Assembly (NCBI GenBank): GCA_016839815.1
Contig: JAEOTM010000114.1
Span: 1-23,453, forward strand
DNA: 23,453 nucleotides
Direction: 5' to 3'
Source of the DNA: Candidatus Hodarchaeota archaeon
GTDB taxonomy: Archaea > Asgardarchaeota > Heimdallarchaeia > Hodarchaeales > Hodarchaeaceae
The position numbers and the translations under genes are program-made. Each line of letters begins with the position of its first letter. Positions within the stretch are counted from its first letter, which is position 1. This document shows, piece after piece, positions 7,945 to 15,615 of the stretch. Below the pieces are notes generated by a model that saw only the letters and a program-made list of their open reading frames with translations, did not search any database and was not told where the DNA came from.

Positions 7945-8729
7945 TCTTCCTCTTCAAAGTCTTCTTCTTTCAGCAGTTTTTCGTCAGCGACAATATCTTT
8001 ATCTGCTTCTTCGGGGATAGTTGCAGGTTTTTCTTCTTCAAGTGGAACTTCATCGGGTTCCACTTCTTCGGGCTCTACTCCTGCTTCCACTACTTCCTCT
8101 TCCTCTTCTTCGGGGGGGCCAAATACTTCTTTTATTAATACTGCATCATCTGGTAACACTGCATCTGGTTGCATAATCTTTACGTGGACTCCGATTACCC
8201 CTTGTTTGAGTGTTACTTCTAGGACTGCTTCATCAACGAATATTTCTGCGGGTTCTCCGCATTTCGCAACAAATCCTTCTCTAAAAACTTCTGTTCGCGC
8301 TCGTTGAGAGGTAAGTTTTCCTTTTATTGAGATTTCACACCCTCGTGCATTTGCAGACATAATTCTTCGTACTAGTGCGTAACCAGCCCGACGAAAATGA
8401 AATCCTTTTTGAATTTGAGAGATTAATCGACCTGCCATTACGCGTGCATTTAAGCGAGGTTCTTCTAAATCACGAACTTCGAGTTGTGGGGTTTCTAAAC
8501 CATATTTATGCTCCAATGTTTCAGTGATTTTTCGGATATTTCTACCCCGTCTCCCGATGACCATCCCTAATCTTACTGCATGGATTATTACACGATGACC
8601 CATTGGAGTTTTATGAATTTCAATTTCTCCCTGACCTGCGAGTGTTAATTCACGGTTGAGGTATTCATTGACTTGAACATATTTCAAATTTCTATTGATA
8701 AACGCTTTTTGTGCAGCCATGATTATCAC
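7941..8729 (-). CDS. rps3: 30S ribosomal protein uS3 with ~58 aa acidic C-terminal extension
   Basis: 262 aa with KH-domain and S3 core motifs (GHRVIIHAVRLGMVIGRRGRNIRKITE). The tail PPEEEEEEVVEAGVEPEEVEPDEVPLEEEK...EEDFEEEE is encoded at 7944-8117. Confidence 0.9.
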   Translation of the reverse strand: MIIMAAQKAFINRNLKYVQVNEYLNRELTLAGQGEIEIHKTPMGHRVIIHAVRLGMVIGRRGRNIRKITETLEHKYGLETPQLEVRDLEEPRLNARVMAGRLISQIQKGFHFRRAGYALVRRIMSANARGCEISIKGKLTSQRARTEVFREGFVAKCGEPAEIFVDEAVLEVTLKQGVIGVHVKIMQPDAVLPDDAVLIKEVFGPPEEEEEEVVEAGVEPEEVEPDEVPLEEEKPATIPEEADKDIVADEKLLKEEDFEEEE

Positions 8730-9202
8730 TCTTCTGTAACTACCACTTCAACATGTGTTAATGTATTATGACTTGGTGAGGATCTGCCATGTGCTCTAGG
8801 TGTGAACCCACGAATTTTACGACCTCTTTGAGCAGCCATATGGGTAATCCGTAATCGACTTACCTCTAATCCTTTAAAGGAAGAATTTTGTTCTGCATTT
8901 TCCAGAACACGTAAGATTTCCTTTGCTGCTTTCTGTGGGTAGCGTCCTATAGGCCAACCTATTAGATCACTTCGATGTGGTACTTTTTTTCGATAACGTC
9001 TGAATGGCACGCTTCTTTCCAGTTTAACTACTTGTTCCAGATACTCTTGAGCAGTTTCTAGATATTTTCCCTTACATTCACGACAAATCTCTCGTGCATG
9101 TTTGGGTGAAATGCGTAGATTTCGGCCTGTAGCAACGGCAGTTCGATCTGCGTCCAGTCCAAAGACTGAGATCTTGTACTTTGGCAATTTATATTCAACC
9201 AT
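8726..9202 (-). CDS. rpl22: 50S ribosomal protein uL22
   Basis: 158 aa. ATGRNLRISPKHAREICRECKG and the C-terminal TH.EVVV pattern. It directly precedes S3. Confidence 0.9.
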   Translation of the reverse strand: MVEYKLPKYKISVFGLDADRTAVATGRNLRISPKHAREICRECKGKYLETAQEYLEQVVKLERSVPFRRYRKKVPHRSDLIGWPIGRYPQKAAKEILRVLENAEQNSSFKGLEVSRLRITHMAAQRGRKIRGFTPRAHGRSSPSHNTLTHVEVVVTEE

Positions 9203-9563
9203 TATTGTTATTAGAGAGTAGAATTCTTCTTCCTGTTATTTTCTTCTCTCTAGCCATTTCCTCGTGGTTCTGGCTTATTTTTGACATTTAAGGTTACATT
9301 TGGAGGATTATAAAAAGTATCTCCTTCCTCTGAATGTGTCATTCATTGATTCTTGGTTTTTTTTTGTGCAATACTTGTGTTTTACCATATCATTGAATTA
9401 ATCAGCAATTTATTCGTAATGAAATTTCTCACTATTGATCTTTGGGCTTACATAAAAAGAAATATTTTCATATTTTCTTGTTTATGCTGAGATTGATTAA
9501 ATGCTTGTATTGATGTGGATTTTGGGGAAGAGCCTTAATTTTTTAACCCCTTCTTACTCTCCC

Positions 9564-9571
9564 TTTAAATA
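9564..9571 (+). promoter_or_regulatory. Candidate archaeal TATA box for rps19 (leaderless-type spacing)
   Basis: tttaaata is centred about 24-27 nt upstream of the ATG at 9591, which is the spacing expected between an archaeal TATA box and the transcription start. No SD-like motif lies in between. Confidence 0.3.
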
Positions 9572-9590
9572 GGTATACATGTGATTTATC

Positions 9591-9986
9591 ATGTCCTCAC
9601 GTCGTGTTTTTCAATATCGTGGATTTACGCTAGATGAACTTAAACAAAAATCTATGGATGAGTTCATTTCCTTACTTCCTTCAAGGCAACGTCGTTCATT
9701 GACTCGTGGAATGAGTACTCAACATATCAAGCTTATGGAGAGGATAAGTGCATCCAAAGAGTCAAAACGTCCTGTAAGAACTCACTGCAGAGATTTTATA
9801 ATTTTACCCGAGTTGATAGGCGCTATTGTGCATGTTTACAATGGTAAGGAATTTCTCAGAGTGTCACTCATACCTGAAACCCTAGGACATTATTTGGGTG
9901 AATACGCTCCAACATGTAAACAAGTAAAACATTCTGCACCAGGAATCGGAGCCACTCGTGGTTCTCAATTTGTACCTTTGAAATAA
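9591..9986 (+). CDS. rps19: 30S ribosomal protein uS19 (orphan, opposite strand to the rest of the cluster)
   Basis: 131 aa. FQYRGFTLDELKQKSMDEFISLLPSRQRRSLTRG and VHVYNGKEF...GHYLGEYAPT are typical of S19/S15e. Confidence 0.9.
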   Translation: MSSRRVFQYRGFTLDELKQKSMDEFISLLPSRQRRSLTRGMSTQHIKLMERISASKESKRPVRTHCRDFIILPELIGAIVHVYNGKEFLRVSLIPETLGHYLGEYAPTCKQVKHSAPGIGATRGSQFVPLK

Positions 9987-10006
9987 TTTTATTTCAATCT
10001 TTTTAT
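9987..10006 (+). terminator. T-rich tract after rps19 (candidate archaeal oligo-T terminator)
   Basis: ttttatttcaatctttttat sits immediately after the TAA stop and contains T4 and T5 runs. Confidence 0.3.
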
Positions 10007-10200
10007 TGATACTTTCCAAGGTAACTACTTGCTGTTATCTTTTTGTTCCTTATTTTTCATTCTTCCTCAGAGAGGACACCTATTCCATTCGTTTAGAGGG
10101 AGACATCAATGTATTCAGTACTATGCGTATAGGTGAGCGGAGTCAATACTTTTGACTCTTCACATTGATTTTGTCGGAAAAATTGTTTAGAAAAGTATAG

Positions 10201-10305
10201 TGGGCCGGAGCAGATTTGAACTGCCGACCTCCTCCGTGTCAGGGAGGCGTCAATCGCAGACTGATCGGAAACTCCGATCAGTTTACCGGACTAGACCACC
10301 GGCCC
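10201..10305 (-). tRNA. tRNA-Val (anticodon GAC) with a 31 nt insertion/intron in the D-arm
   Basis: The reverse complement reads GGGCCGG TG GTCT AGTCCGGTA[A|ACTGATCGGAGTTTCCGATCAGTCTGCGATT|]GAC G CCTCC CTGACAC GGAGG AGGTC GGCAG TTCAAAT CTGCT CCGGCCC A. It has a 7 bp acceptor stem, a 5 bp anticodon stem, a loop CU-GAC-AC (GAC at 10240-10238), a T-arm with a TTCAAAT loop, and discriminator A. No CCA is encoded. The D-stem GTCT/AGAC forms only after removing about nt 24-54. Confidence 0.8.
10252..10282 (-). other. Putative non-canonical tRNA intron (D-arm position about 22/23)
   Basis: The 31 nt ACTGATCGGAGTTTCCGATCAGTCTGCGATT contain a perfect 9 bp hairpin (ACTGATCGG/CCGATCAGT, loop AGTTT). 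The boundaries are ambiguous by 1-2 nt because of the A run at the 5' junction. Confidence 0.55.
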
Positions 10306-10329
10306 GTTTATATTTGGCTAAAATACTAA

Positions 10330-10337
10330 TTATAATA
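10330..10337 (-). promoter_or_regulatory. Candidate TATA box for tRNA-Val
   Basis: On the minus strand, tattataa spans -32 to -25 relative to tRNA nucleotide 1 (10305), which is canonical archaeal TATA spacing. Confidence 0.4.
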
Positions 10338-10380
10338 CGCTTTTCTTTCGAGTCGATGTAGATTATATATGTTATCTTAA

Positions 10381-10824
10381 TCATGCTTCTGGGGGTTCAG
10401 TAAAAACCTTACCACCAGCAGATTCTATTTTTTCTTGAGCGGTTGGTGTAATGGATTCTGTATGTAAGTGAATTGGATGGGTTACTAAGCCTTTTCCCAA
10501 CACTTTAATTGGTCCCAATTTATTCATATCAACTGTAATTGTTTTTCCTTCTTTTTTGGCAATCTCTGCGGCGAGTAGGAAATCCAGCTGTTCATTGATG
10601 TCTCCTACATTAATAAACATTGATAACGTTGGGTTGGGAGAAGTAAATCCTTTTTGATCTAGAATCATTTGACTTATTTTGCCGATCCGATGATGTCCTT
10701 TGCTCCCTGCATTCCCCTTTCCACCTCTGGAACCACCTTTTCTGTGGCCTCCAGAAATTCTTCCATAACCATAAACTCGACTTCCGCGTTGTTTGCGTAT
10801 TTTTTTCTGTTTTCTTATCGTCAA
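10381..10824 (-). CDS. rpl15: 50S ribosomal protein uL15
   Basis: 147 aa. The Gly/Lys/Arg-rich N-terminus KQRGSRVYGYGRISGGHRKGGSRGGKGNAGSKGHH is typical of L15. It follows L30. Confidence 0.9.
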   Translation of the reverse strand: MTIRKQKKIRKQRGSRVYGYGRISGGHRKGGSRGGKGNAGSKGHHRIGKISQMILDQKGFTSPNPTLSMFINVGDINEQLDFLLAAEIAKKEGKTITVDMNKLGPIKVLGKGLVTHPIHLHTESITPTAQEKIESAGGKVFTEPPEA

Positions 10825-10834
10825 TGTTCATCAC

Positions 10835-11332
10835 TTAAGCCATTTTGGTGATTAGCTGATTGATCTCAGAACCTCGGTACCCTAATGCTCCTCCAAGAGT
10901 ATATGCATACTTTACTCCTTTGCGTTGGTGGCCTTTAAGAGGGGGATGCAAACGAAATACGGGTTTTAATCCTTGGATATCGGAGAGATCTGCTTCAAAG
11001 TTTAGGAACTTTTTGATAAAATTATCAATACTCGAAAATTCGGTATTTTTCTTAATGTAGTCCTCTGTAATTCTTTTATTACCTTCTAATCGTCCACGTT
11101 TTAGTAATAGCTCACGGGCACTATCATGGGAAAGTTCTCCCCATGCGATAATATCTTTCGCCTTCTGTAACATACCTTTGTAAGTAGGGCGATCGTCAAG
11201 AATCACGCAATGATTTGTTCGATTTAAGCGTAATAAGTGGAGTGTTTTGGATAGTGATGTACTTCTACTTACTGTTCCTCGTACTCTTATTACCGCAATT
11301 CGTTTATTGGCTTCAGTACTCTTGATAGTCAC
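10835..11332 (-). CDS. rpl30: 50S ribosomal protein uL30
   Basis: IAVIRVRGTVSRSTSLSKTLHLLRLNRTNHCVILDD...FRLHPP.KG is typical of archaeal L30. The track ORF (to 11431) extends 98 nt into S5. A more plausible start is the GTG at 11332, 1 nt after the S5 stop, or the GTG at 11341. Confidence 0.85.
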   Translation of the reverse strand: MTIKSTEANKRIAVIRVRGTVSRSTSLSKTLHLLRLNRTNHCVILDDRPTYKGMLQKAKDIIAWGELSHDSARELLLKRGRLEGNKRITEDYIKKNTEFSSIDNFIKKFLNFEADLSDIQGLKPVFRLHPPLKGHQRKGVKYAYTLGGALGYRGSEINQLITKMA

Positions 11333-11333
11333 T

Positions 11334-12008
11334 TTATTCACCCCATTCAGAAATATGAGAAATTTCGTATGTTGACCGTAATGCTTCAAAAATGGCCTTA
11401 CAAAAATTTTGTGTGGTTCTCGTGTCACCAAAGGTTTTACTCCAGATATCGGATACTCCAGCTAGTTCCAATACACTTTTGGCAACGTCTCCAATGACTA
11501 AACCAAGGCCTTTTGGTGCAGGTTTAAGAATAACTCTTACACTACCCACTTTTCCTTCAACTTGGAATGGTATTGAGTGTGGATTTCGGCATGTGCATTC
11601 CCAACTTCCACATCCTCTCTTCACAGGAACGATGTTTAGTTTTGCTAAGATTATAGCATTTCTAATCGCTGTTCCAACACCAGCCGCCTTAGCTTGAGCT
11701 ACGCCCACAATTCCATTCTTATTCCCTACTCCGGCTGTAGCAATGAATAATGTTTTTCGTCCTGCATCTGTTTGACGTTGCACTCTTCCGACATCAAGAA
11801 CTGTTTCAGTTAGATTAGGGACAAGAAAATCAACGATTCTAACATCCTCAATTTTTAATGAATCACGAAAGATGTCATATATCGAGGAAATCGTTCCTTC
11901 TTTTACCAACCGTCCAACTTCTGTCCTTGGCACCCAAGCCTCTAGATCAGGAGCGGAGCGTTCTTGGTCACGACCTCCTCTTCGACCTCGTCTCTGACTT
12001 CTACTCAT
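11334..12008 (-). CDS. rps5: 30S ribosomal protein uS5
   Basis: 224 aa. WVPRTEVGRLVKEG, GRVQRQTDAGRKT.F...VGN.NG.VG and AIRNAI..AK motifs. Confidence 0.9.
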   Translation of the reverse strand: MSRSQRRGRRGGRDQERSAPDLEAWVPRTEVGRLVKEGTISSIYDIFRDSLKIEDVRIVDFLVPNLTETVLDVGRVQRQTDAGRKTLFIATAGVGNKNGIVGVAQAKAAGVGTAIRNAIILAKLNIVPVKRGCGSWECTCRNPHSIPFQVEGKVGSVRVILKPAPKGLGLVIGDVAKSVLELAGVSDIWSKTFGDTRTTQNFCKAIFEALRSTYEISHISEWGE

Positions 12009-12042
12009 TTTCTACACTTCTATATTCATCTTCAGTATGTTA

Positions 12043-12627
12043 TTACAGTCGTTGAATTTCTTCTTTTGATTGAGTAAATAATTTTGTCATATTTACTGGA
12101 TTAACCTTAGATTTTTTATATTGAGAAAATTGCTTGTCGAATTTTTCTTTGTCTTCATCTTTAAGCAATTTTGCATAATTTTCGATATGTTCACCATTGA
12201 TTCTGTCATCCGAAGGAAAAACCTTATCAGAATGAGGAATCTCAAGACCTGAATCCACAAGTCCTTTTAGAACTGCAAAAACTCTCGATCCATAAACAGG
12301 GGGATTTAATCCAATATCAAATATGGCAGTAGAAACTTTGGCTTTTTGGGCTTTCTTCCCTGCCAATAAGCCAGTTAAATAAGCACTTGGTAAATTTGCT
12401 GTTCCTGCTGACCATTGATAGTTCTTGAGCTCTCTTGAATGAGCTGAGGATAGTGTTACGTCTCCTTCGATTTTTGGTTCGACAAACTGTACGAGACAAT
12501 GACTATTGGACAACCGAACAGCTGCACGAACCTTTTTCCCCTTAACTAGACGTCGACGTAAATGATAATTCGTTTTTCCTTCTCTTCTACGACGGAACGG
12601 AACCCGATAACGAGCATTTCTTGCCAT
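12043..12627 (-). CDS. rpl18: 50S ribosomal protein uL18
   Basis: [27 protein letters not shown] is the typical archaeal L18 N-terminus. The ATG at 12627 lies 4 nt after the L19e stop. The track start at 12675 would overlap L19e by 44 nt. Confidence 0.9.
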   Translation of the reverse strand: MARNARYRVPFRRRREGKTNYHLRRRLVKGKKVRAAVRLSNSHCLVQFVEPKIEGDVTLSSAHSRELKNYQWSAGTANLPSAYLTGLLAGKKAQKAKVSTAIFDIGLNPPVYGSRVFAVLKGLVDSGLEIPHSDKVFPSDDRINGEHIENYAKLLKDEDKEKFDKQFSQYKKSKVNPVNMTKLFTQSKEEIQRL

Positions 12628-12631
12628 TGGT

Positions 12632-13099
12632 TTATCTCCTTTTACCTTTAGGTTTTTTAACAATACCTGCTTCATAAATTGTGTTTCGAAGATGTGCTAC
12701 ACTTCGATATGAATTTCCTTTGGCTTTTGCATATAATTGTCGGTAATCTGCTGGTGAAATCAATTTATTATCGCGTAAACCTCGTAAATACCGCCTTTGA
12801 CTTCTAATTTTAGCAATCCAAAGTTCTTTTCCTGGTTGACGTGCTCCTTTTGTTCCTTTTCGACTTCCTAAACCTCTTCGTTGACCCCGTTTTTTCTGGG
12901 TAGTTATCATCCGCGCACGCCCGCGTGAGATGCCAGTCATTTGTTTTTTACGAATAATATGATCATCAATTAATTTTCGGACGTCTTCACGCGTTAAAGC
13001 AAGGGAGAGATCTTCTTCAACATCAGGATCAATCCATACACGATTAACACCGACGCCTAATATTTTTGCAGCAATTTTCTTCTGTGGAGTATAGTTCAT
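12632..13099 (-). CDS. rpl19e: 50S ribosomal protein eL19
   Basis: 155 aa. [20 protein letters not shown] and the basic middle region are typical of L19e. Confidence 0.9.
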   Translation of the reverse strand: MNYTPQKKIAAKILGVGVNRVWIDPDVEEDLSLALTREDVRKLIDDHIIRKKQMTGISRGRARMITTQKKRGQRRGLGSRKGTKGARQPGKELWIAKIRSQRRYLRGLRDNKLISPADYRQLYAKAKGNSYRSVAHLRNTIYEAGIVKKPKGKRR

Positions 13100-13620
13100 T
13101 ATTCTTCACCTTGGTCTTCATCGGAAGAAATATCCAGATCATCTATTGCGATATCGTCTAAAAGATCCTCATCAAGTTCTAATTCAGCATCAAGATCACC
13201 GAGATCAATTTTTGCCGAAATTGGATTTAGAATATGTATATTTAGTAATTCCGCTTCCATAAGAATCTTTTCTTTCTTTTTACGTCCGATCTTAGAGGCA
13301 ATTCGTCCGACTTGTAATTCGGGATCAATTAATGACAAGTCTACAGAAGAAGAAACTAGTACTTCTTCTTTACCAGATGATAATAGGTAACGGACTGCTT
13401 TTGGGCTACGAAATCCTATTTGTGGTGATATAGGCCAACCGCCTACTTTTTCTCGAACATGTGAGTCAATCCCACGAGCTCGTCTCCATCGTTCTGGGAC
13501 TCGCTTGTACCTCCAAGATTCATATCGACGAAAATTTGGCCTTTTACGTTTTAGATTTTTTCGGATTCTTTGTAGACGAGGGAGGCTTTTTTCTTTTTTT
13601 TCTTGGTTATAACTAGTCAC
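13099..13620 (-). CDS. rpl32e: 50S ribosomal protein eL32 with acidic C-terminal extension
   Basis: 173 aa. KRPNFRRYESWRYKRVPERWRRARGIDSHVR is typical of L32e. The last ~35 aa are DLGDLDAELELDEDLLDDIAIDDLDISSDEDQGEE. GTG start. Confidence 0.85.
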   Translation of the reverse strand: MTSYNQEKKEKSLPRLQRIRKNLKRKRPNFRRYESWRYKRVPERWRRARGIDSHVREKVGGWPISPQIGFRSPKAVRYLLSSGKEEVLVSSSVDLSLIDPELQVGRIASKIGRKKKEKILMEAELLNIHILNPISAKIDLGDLDAELELDEDLLDDIAIDDLDISSDEDQGEE

Positions 13621-14549
13621 TGTTATTCCATCCTGTTTTAAACATGGGATTTATCTTTATAAGCGTAATATGAAGTTCTGTATTATTACTTATCAGGATT
13701 AAGATTTATCACCCTGATAGCTTACAGTTGTCTAGTATTCCACTGTTGATGTGCAACCAGAACGCAGAGGAAGCGACTATTTTCAGTCTATTTAAATTAT
13801 ACAGGAAAAGTAGAATTTTTTCGATTTACACCTAATAGGTTGGTTCCTTCTTTACCGCCGATTTTAATTCTTATGCATTCCTGAACTTTCGACTGAAGTT
13901 ACTTTCTACTACAATGGGAAGATTGCTACCTGTAATTATCACAGTTATGAATATAAGATGGTAATTTTTCCTAGATTTCGTATTAGCTTATTTAGAGGTA
14001 TAATTTTCGAGAATACAAAAGCTGATATCAGAATTTTCCTTGAACAATAAACCTTTAGATTTCAAAAAAAACGAATTTTTCCTTCACATTTCCCATTTGA
14101 GATGTAAACTTTTCTCCAATCGCATTATCATGCACAAATTGAACCTGAAACTGGATGTAACAAATTTTATACTCATAATTGAGTTGAACACTTAATTTCT
14201 TTTTCTTAAATAACTAATTTCAACACAAGCGCGTGTATAATCTTCCCTTGGGAATTTTATCATTTGAAGATAGGGTCTCTAACTAGAGAATTTAAGTGAA
14301 AATATAATAAGACAACACACTACGAAACATACTTTGAAGAAAACCGTTCAGACGTTCTATCATCCATTAAATATTGAAAATATTATGATCTACTTAATAT
14401 TTATCAGGTTATTACCTAATTGGATTTTTAGAATTGAATTATGGGCTTAGTACCAATAGGAGAGTAGAAATATATCTATTGTAGATAAAACCAAGCTTTC
14501 TATCATAAATAATTTACTCTCTGATTTAGCTGGGTTTAACAATCAAAAG

Positions 14550-15611
14550 TTGGAATTTTGTGACATTCTCAAGCAGAGGAATCCTGAATACTCACATCTC
14601 CCCCCTCATCTTCTACGTATGAGTGTCGATACTCAATTATTTAGAGAATTACAGCCCCAAAATATTTCAGGATTAACAATAGGAGGAGTTGATGGTGGTT
14701 ACGCCTCGAAGCATCTCATTGGCTATGATTTACATCTTTTCAGAGCTATTGCCGTCTATTCAACCTTCACGCATAAGAACTTGATTAGAACTACATATTT
14801 TCCGTCAAAAATCCCAGAATTACAGCTTGAATTGGGTAATTTGACTCTCTCTTCACGCGAATCAGAAATTTATGGAAGTTTGCGTCGCTCAATTGTAGAG
14901 CTCGAGACTGCAACTCAGGTTATCCAGAGTACGCATAAAACCATAGATATACTTCTTATGGATGGATCTCCATTTATAAGGTATTCAGGTACCCAAAATG
15001 ATCTCCTTTTCAAATATTATCGACGTTACTTTGATCAACTGTTTAATCTCCTATCAACTGCTAAGAGAAATGATACACAGCTCATTTGGATTGTTAAAGA
15101 TAGCAGGGTGAATACTTTTACATCATTTCTTGGTAAAATTCTTCCTTTTGTAGCTCCAAAAGTGCCCGAACTATTGACTGTAGATTATAGAACTATTATC
15201 AATCGGGTACGGGATATGGACTTGTTTTTTTATTTATTAAAAGTAAACTCTCGGTCTTTTTCTTTATTTAATCAATATAAATTTTCAGATGAAATCGATC
15301 AAAACTATCAAAATTACCAGTTTTACTTAAAAACGGCTAAGTATGATATCCCCTTAAGAGTAGAGGGATTTCTACCTTTAGATAAAACACACAATAAAAC
15401 TTTAGATACTCTTAATCTAATATCTGAAACCCTCCTTCCCATTTCCCAATATTATAATGATTATGGGATCCCAGCTCCAATTGTAGAGGCAGATGCTAGA
15501 GTAAAAATAAAAGAAACAGAAATTTTTGATTATATTAAGCTTTTAAGGTCATTTAATAATTATCCAGATCTCAATCTACGAAGAAGGGAGCGATCTCCTT
15601 GGAAATTTTAA
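14550..15611 (+). CDS. nurA: NurA-family 5'-3' nuclease
   Basis: 353 aa with a TTG start. IGGVDGGY, ILLMDGSPF, WIVKDSR and PAPIVEADARVKI match the NurA (RNase H-like fold) motif series as I recall it. The length is typical, and it lies 4 nt upstream of a HerA-type ATPase. Confidence 0.7.
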   Translation: MEFCDILKQRNPEYSHLPPHLLRMSVDTQLFRELQPQNISGLTIGGVDGGYASKHLIGYDLHLFRAIAVYSTFTHKNLIRTTYFPSKIPELQLELGNLTLSSRESEIYGSLRRSIVELETATQVIQSTHKTIDILLMDGSPFIRYSGTQNDLLFKYYRRYFDQLFNLLSTAKRNDTQLIWIVKDSRVNTFTSFLGKILPFVAPKVPELLTVDYRTIINRVRDMDLFFYLLKVNSRSFSLFNQYKFSDEIDQNYQNYQFYLKTAKYDIPLRVEGFLPLDKTHNKTLDTLNLISETLLPISQYYNDYGIPAPIVEADARVKIKETEIFDYIKLLRSFNNYPDLNLRRRERSPWKF

Positions 15612-15615
15612 GAAT

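Noticed and set aside
4221-8138. Series of + strand ORFs (4221-4538, 4795-5022, 5044-5373, 5414-5665, 5807-5992, 6044-6271, 6205-6456, 6679-7008, 7163-7507, 7293-7610, 7914-8138) antisense to trm5 and the ribosomal protein genes
   Set aside because: Each lies opposite a confidently identified conserved gene. Their translations are Ser/Phe/Leu-rich, as expected for the antisense of Lys/Glu/Arg-rich r-proteins.
10835-11431. Long form of L30 (198 aa) and long form of L18 (12043-12675, 210 aa) as given in the ORF track
   Set aside because: The N-terminal extensions would overlap the preceding genes by 98 and 44 nt and do not resemble L30/L18 N-termini. Starts right after the upstream stop codons (11332/11341 and 12627) give canonical N-termini.
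10610-12499. Alternative-frame or antisense ORFs 10610-10834 (-), 10669-10851 (+), 10860-11060 (+), 11392-11697 (+), 11858-12055 (+), 12317-12499 (-)
   Set aside because: They are embedded in the L15, L30, S5 and L18 coding regions and show no independent support.
13621-14549. Replication origin hypothesis for the 930 bp AT-rich gap
   Set aside because: No orc1/cdc6 gene is adjacent. I saw only one weak ORB-like string (ttccactg at 13737) and no inverted pair of ORB elements flanking an unwinding element. It is kept as an unexplained spacer, not called as oriC.
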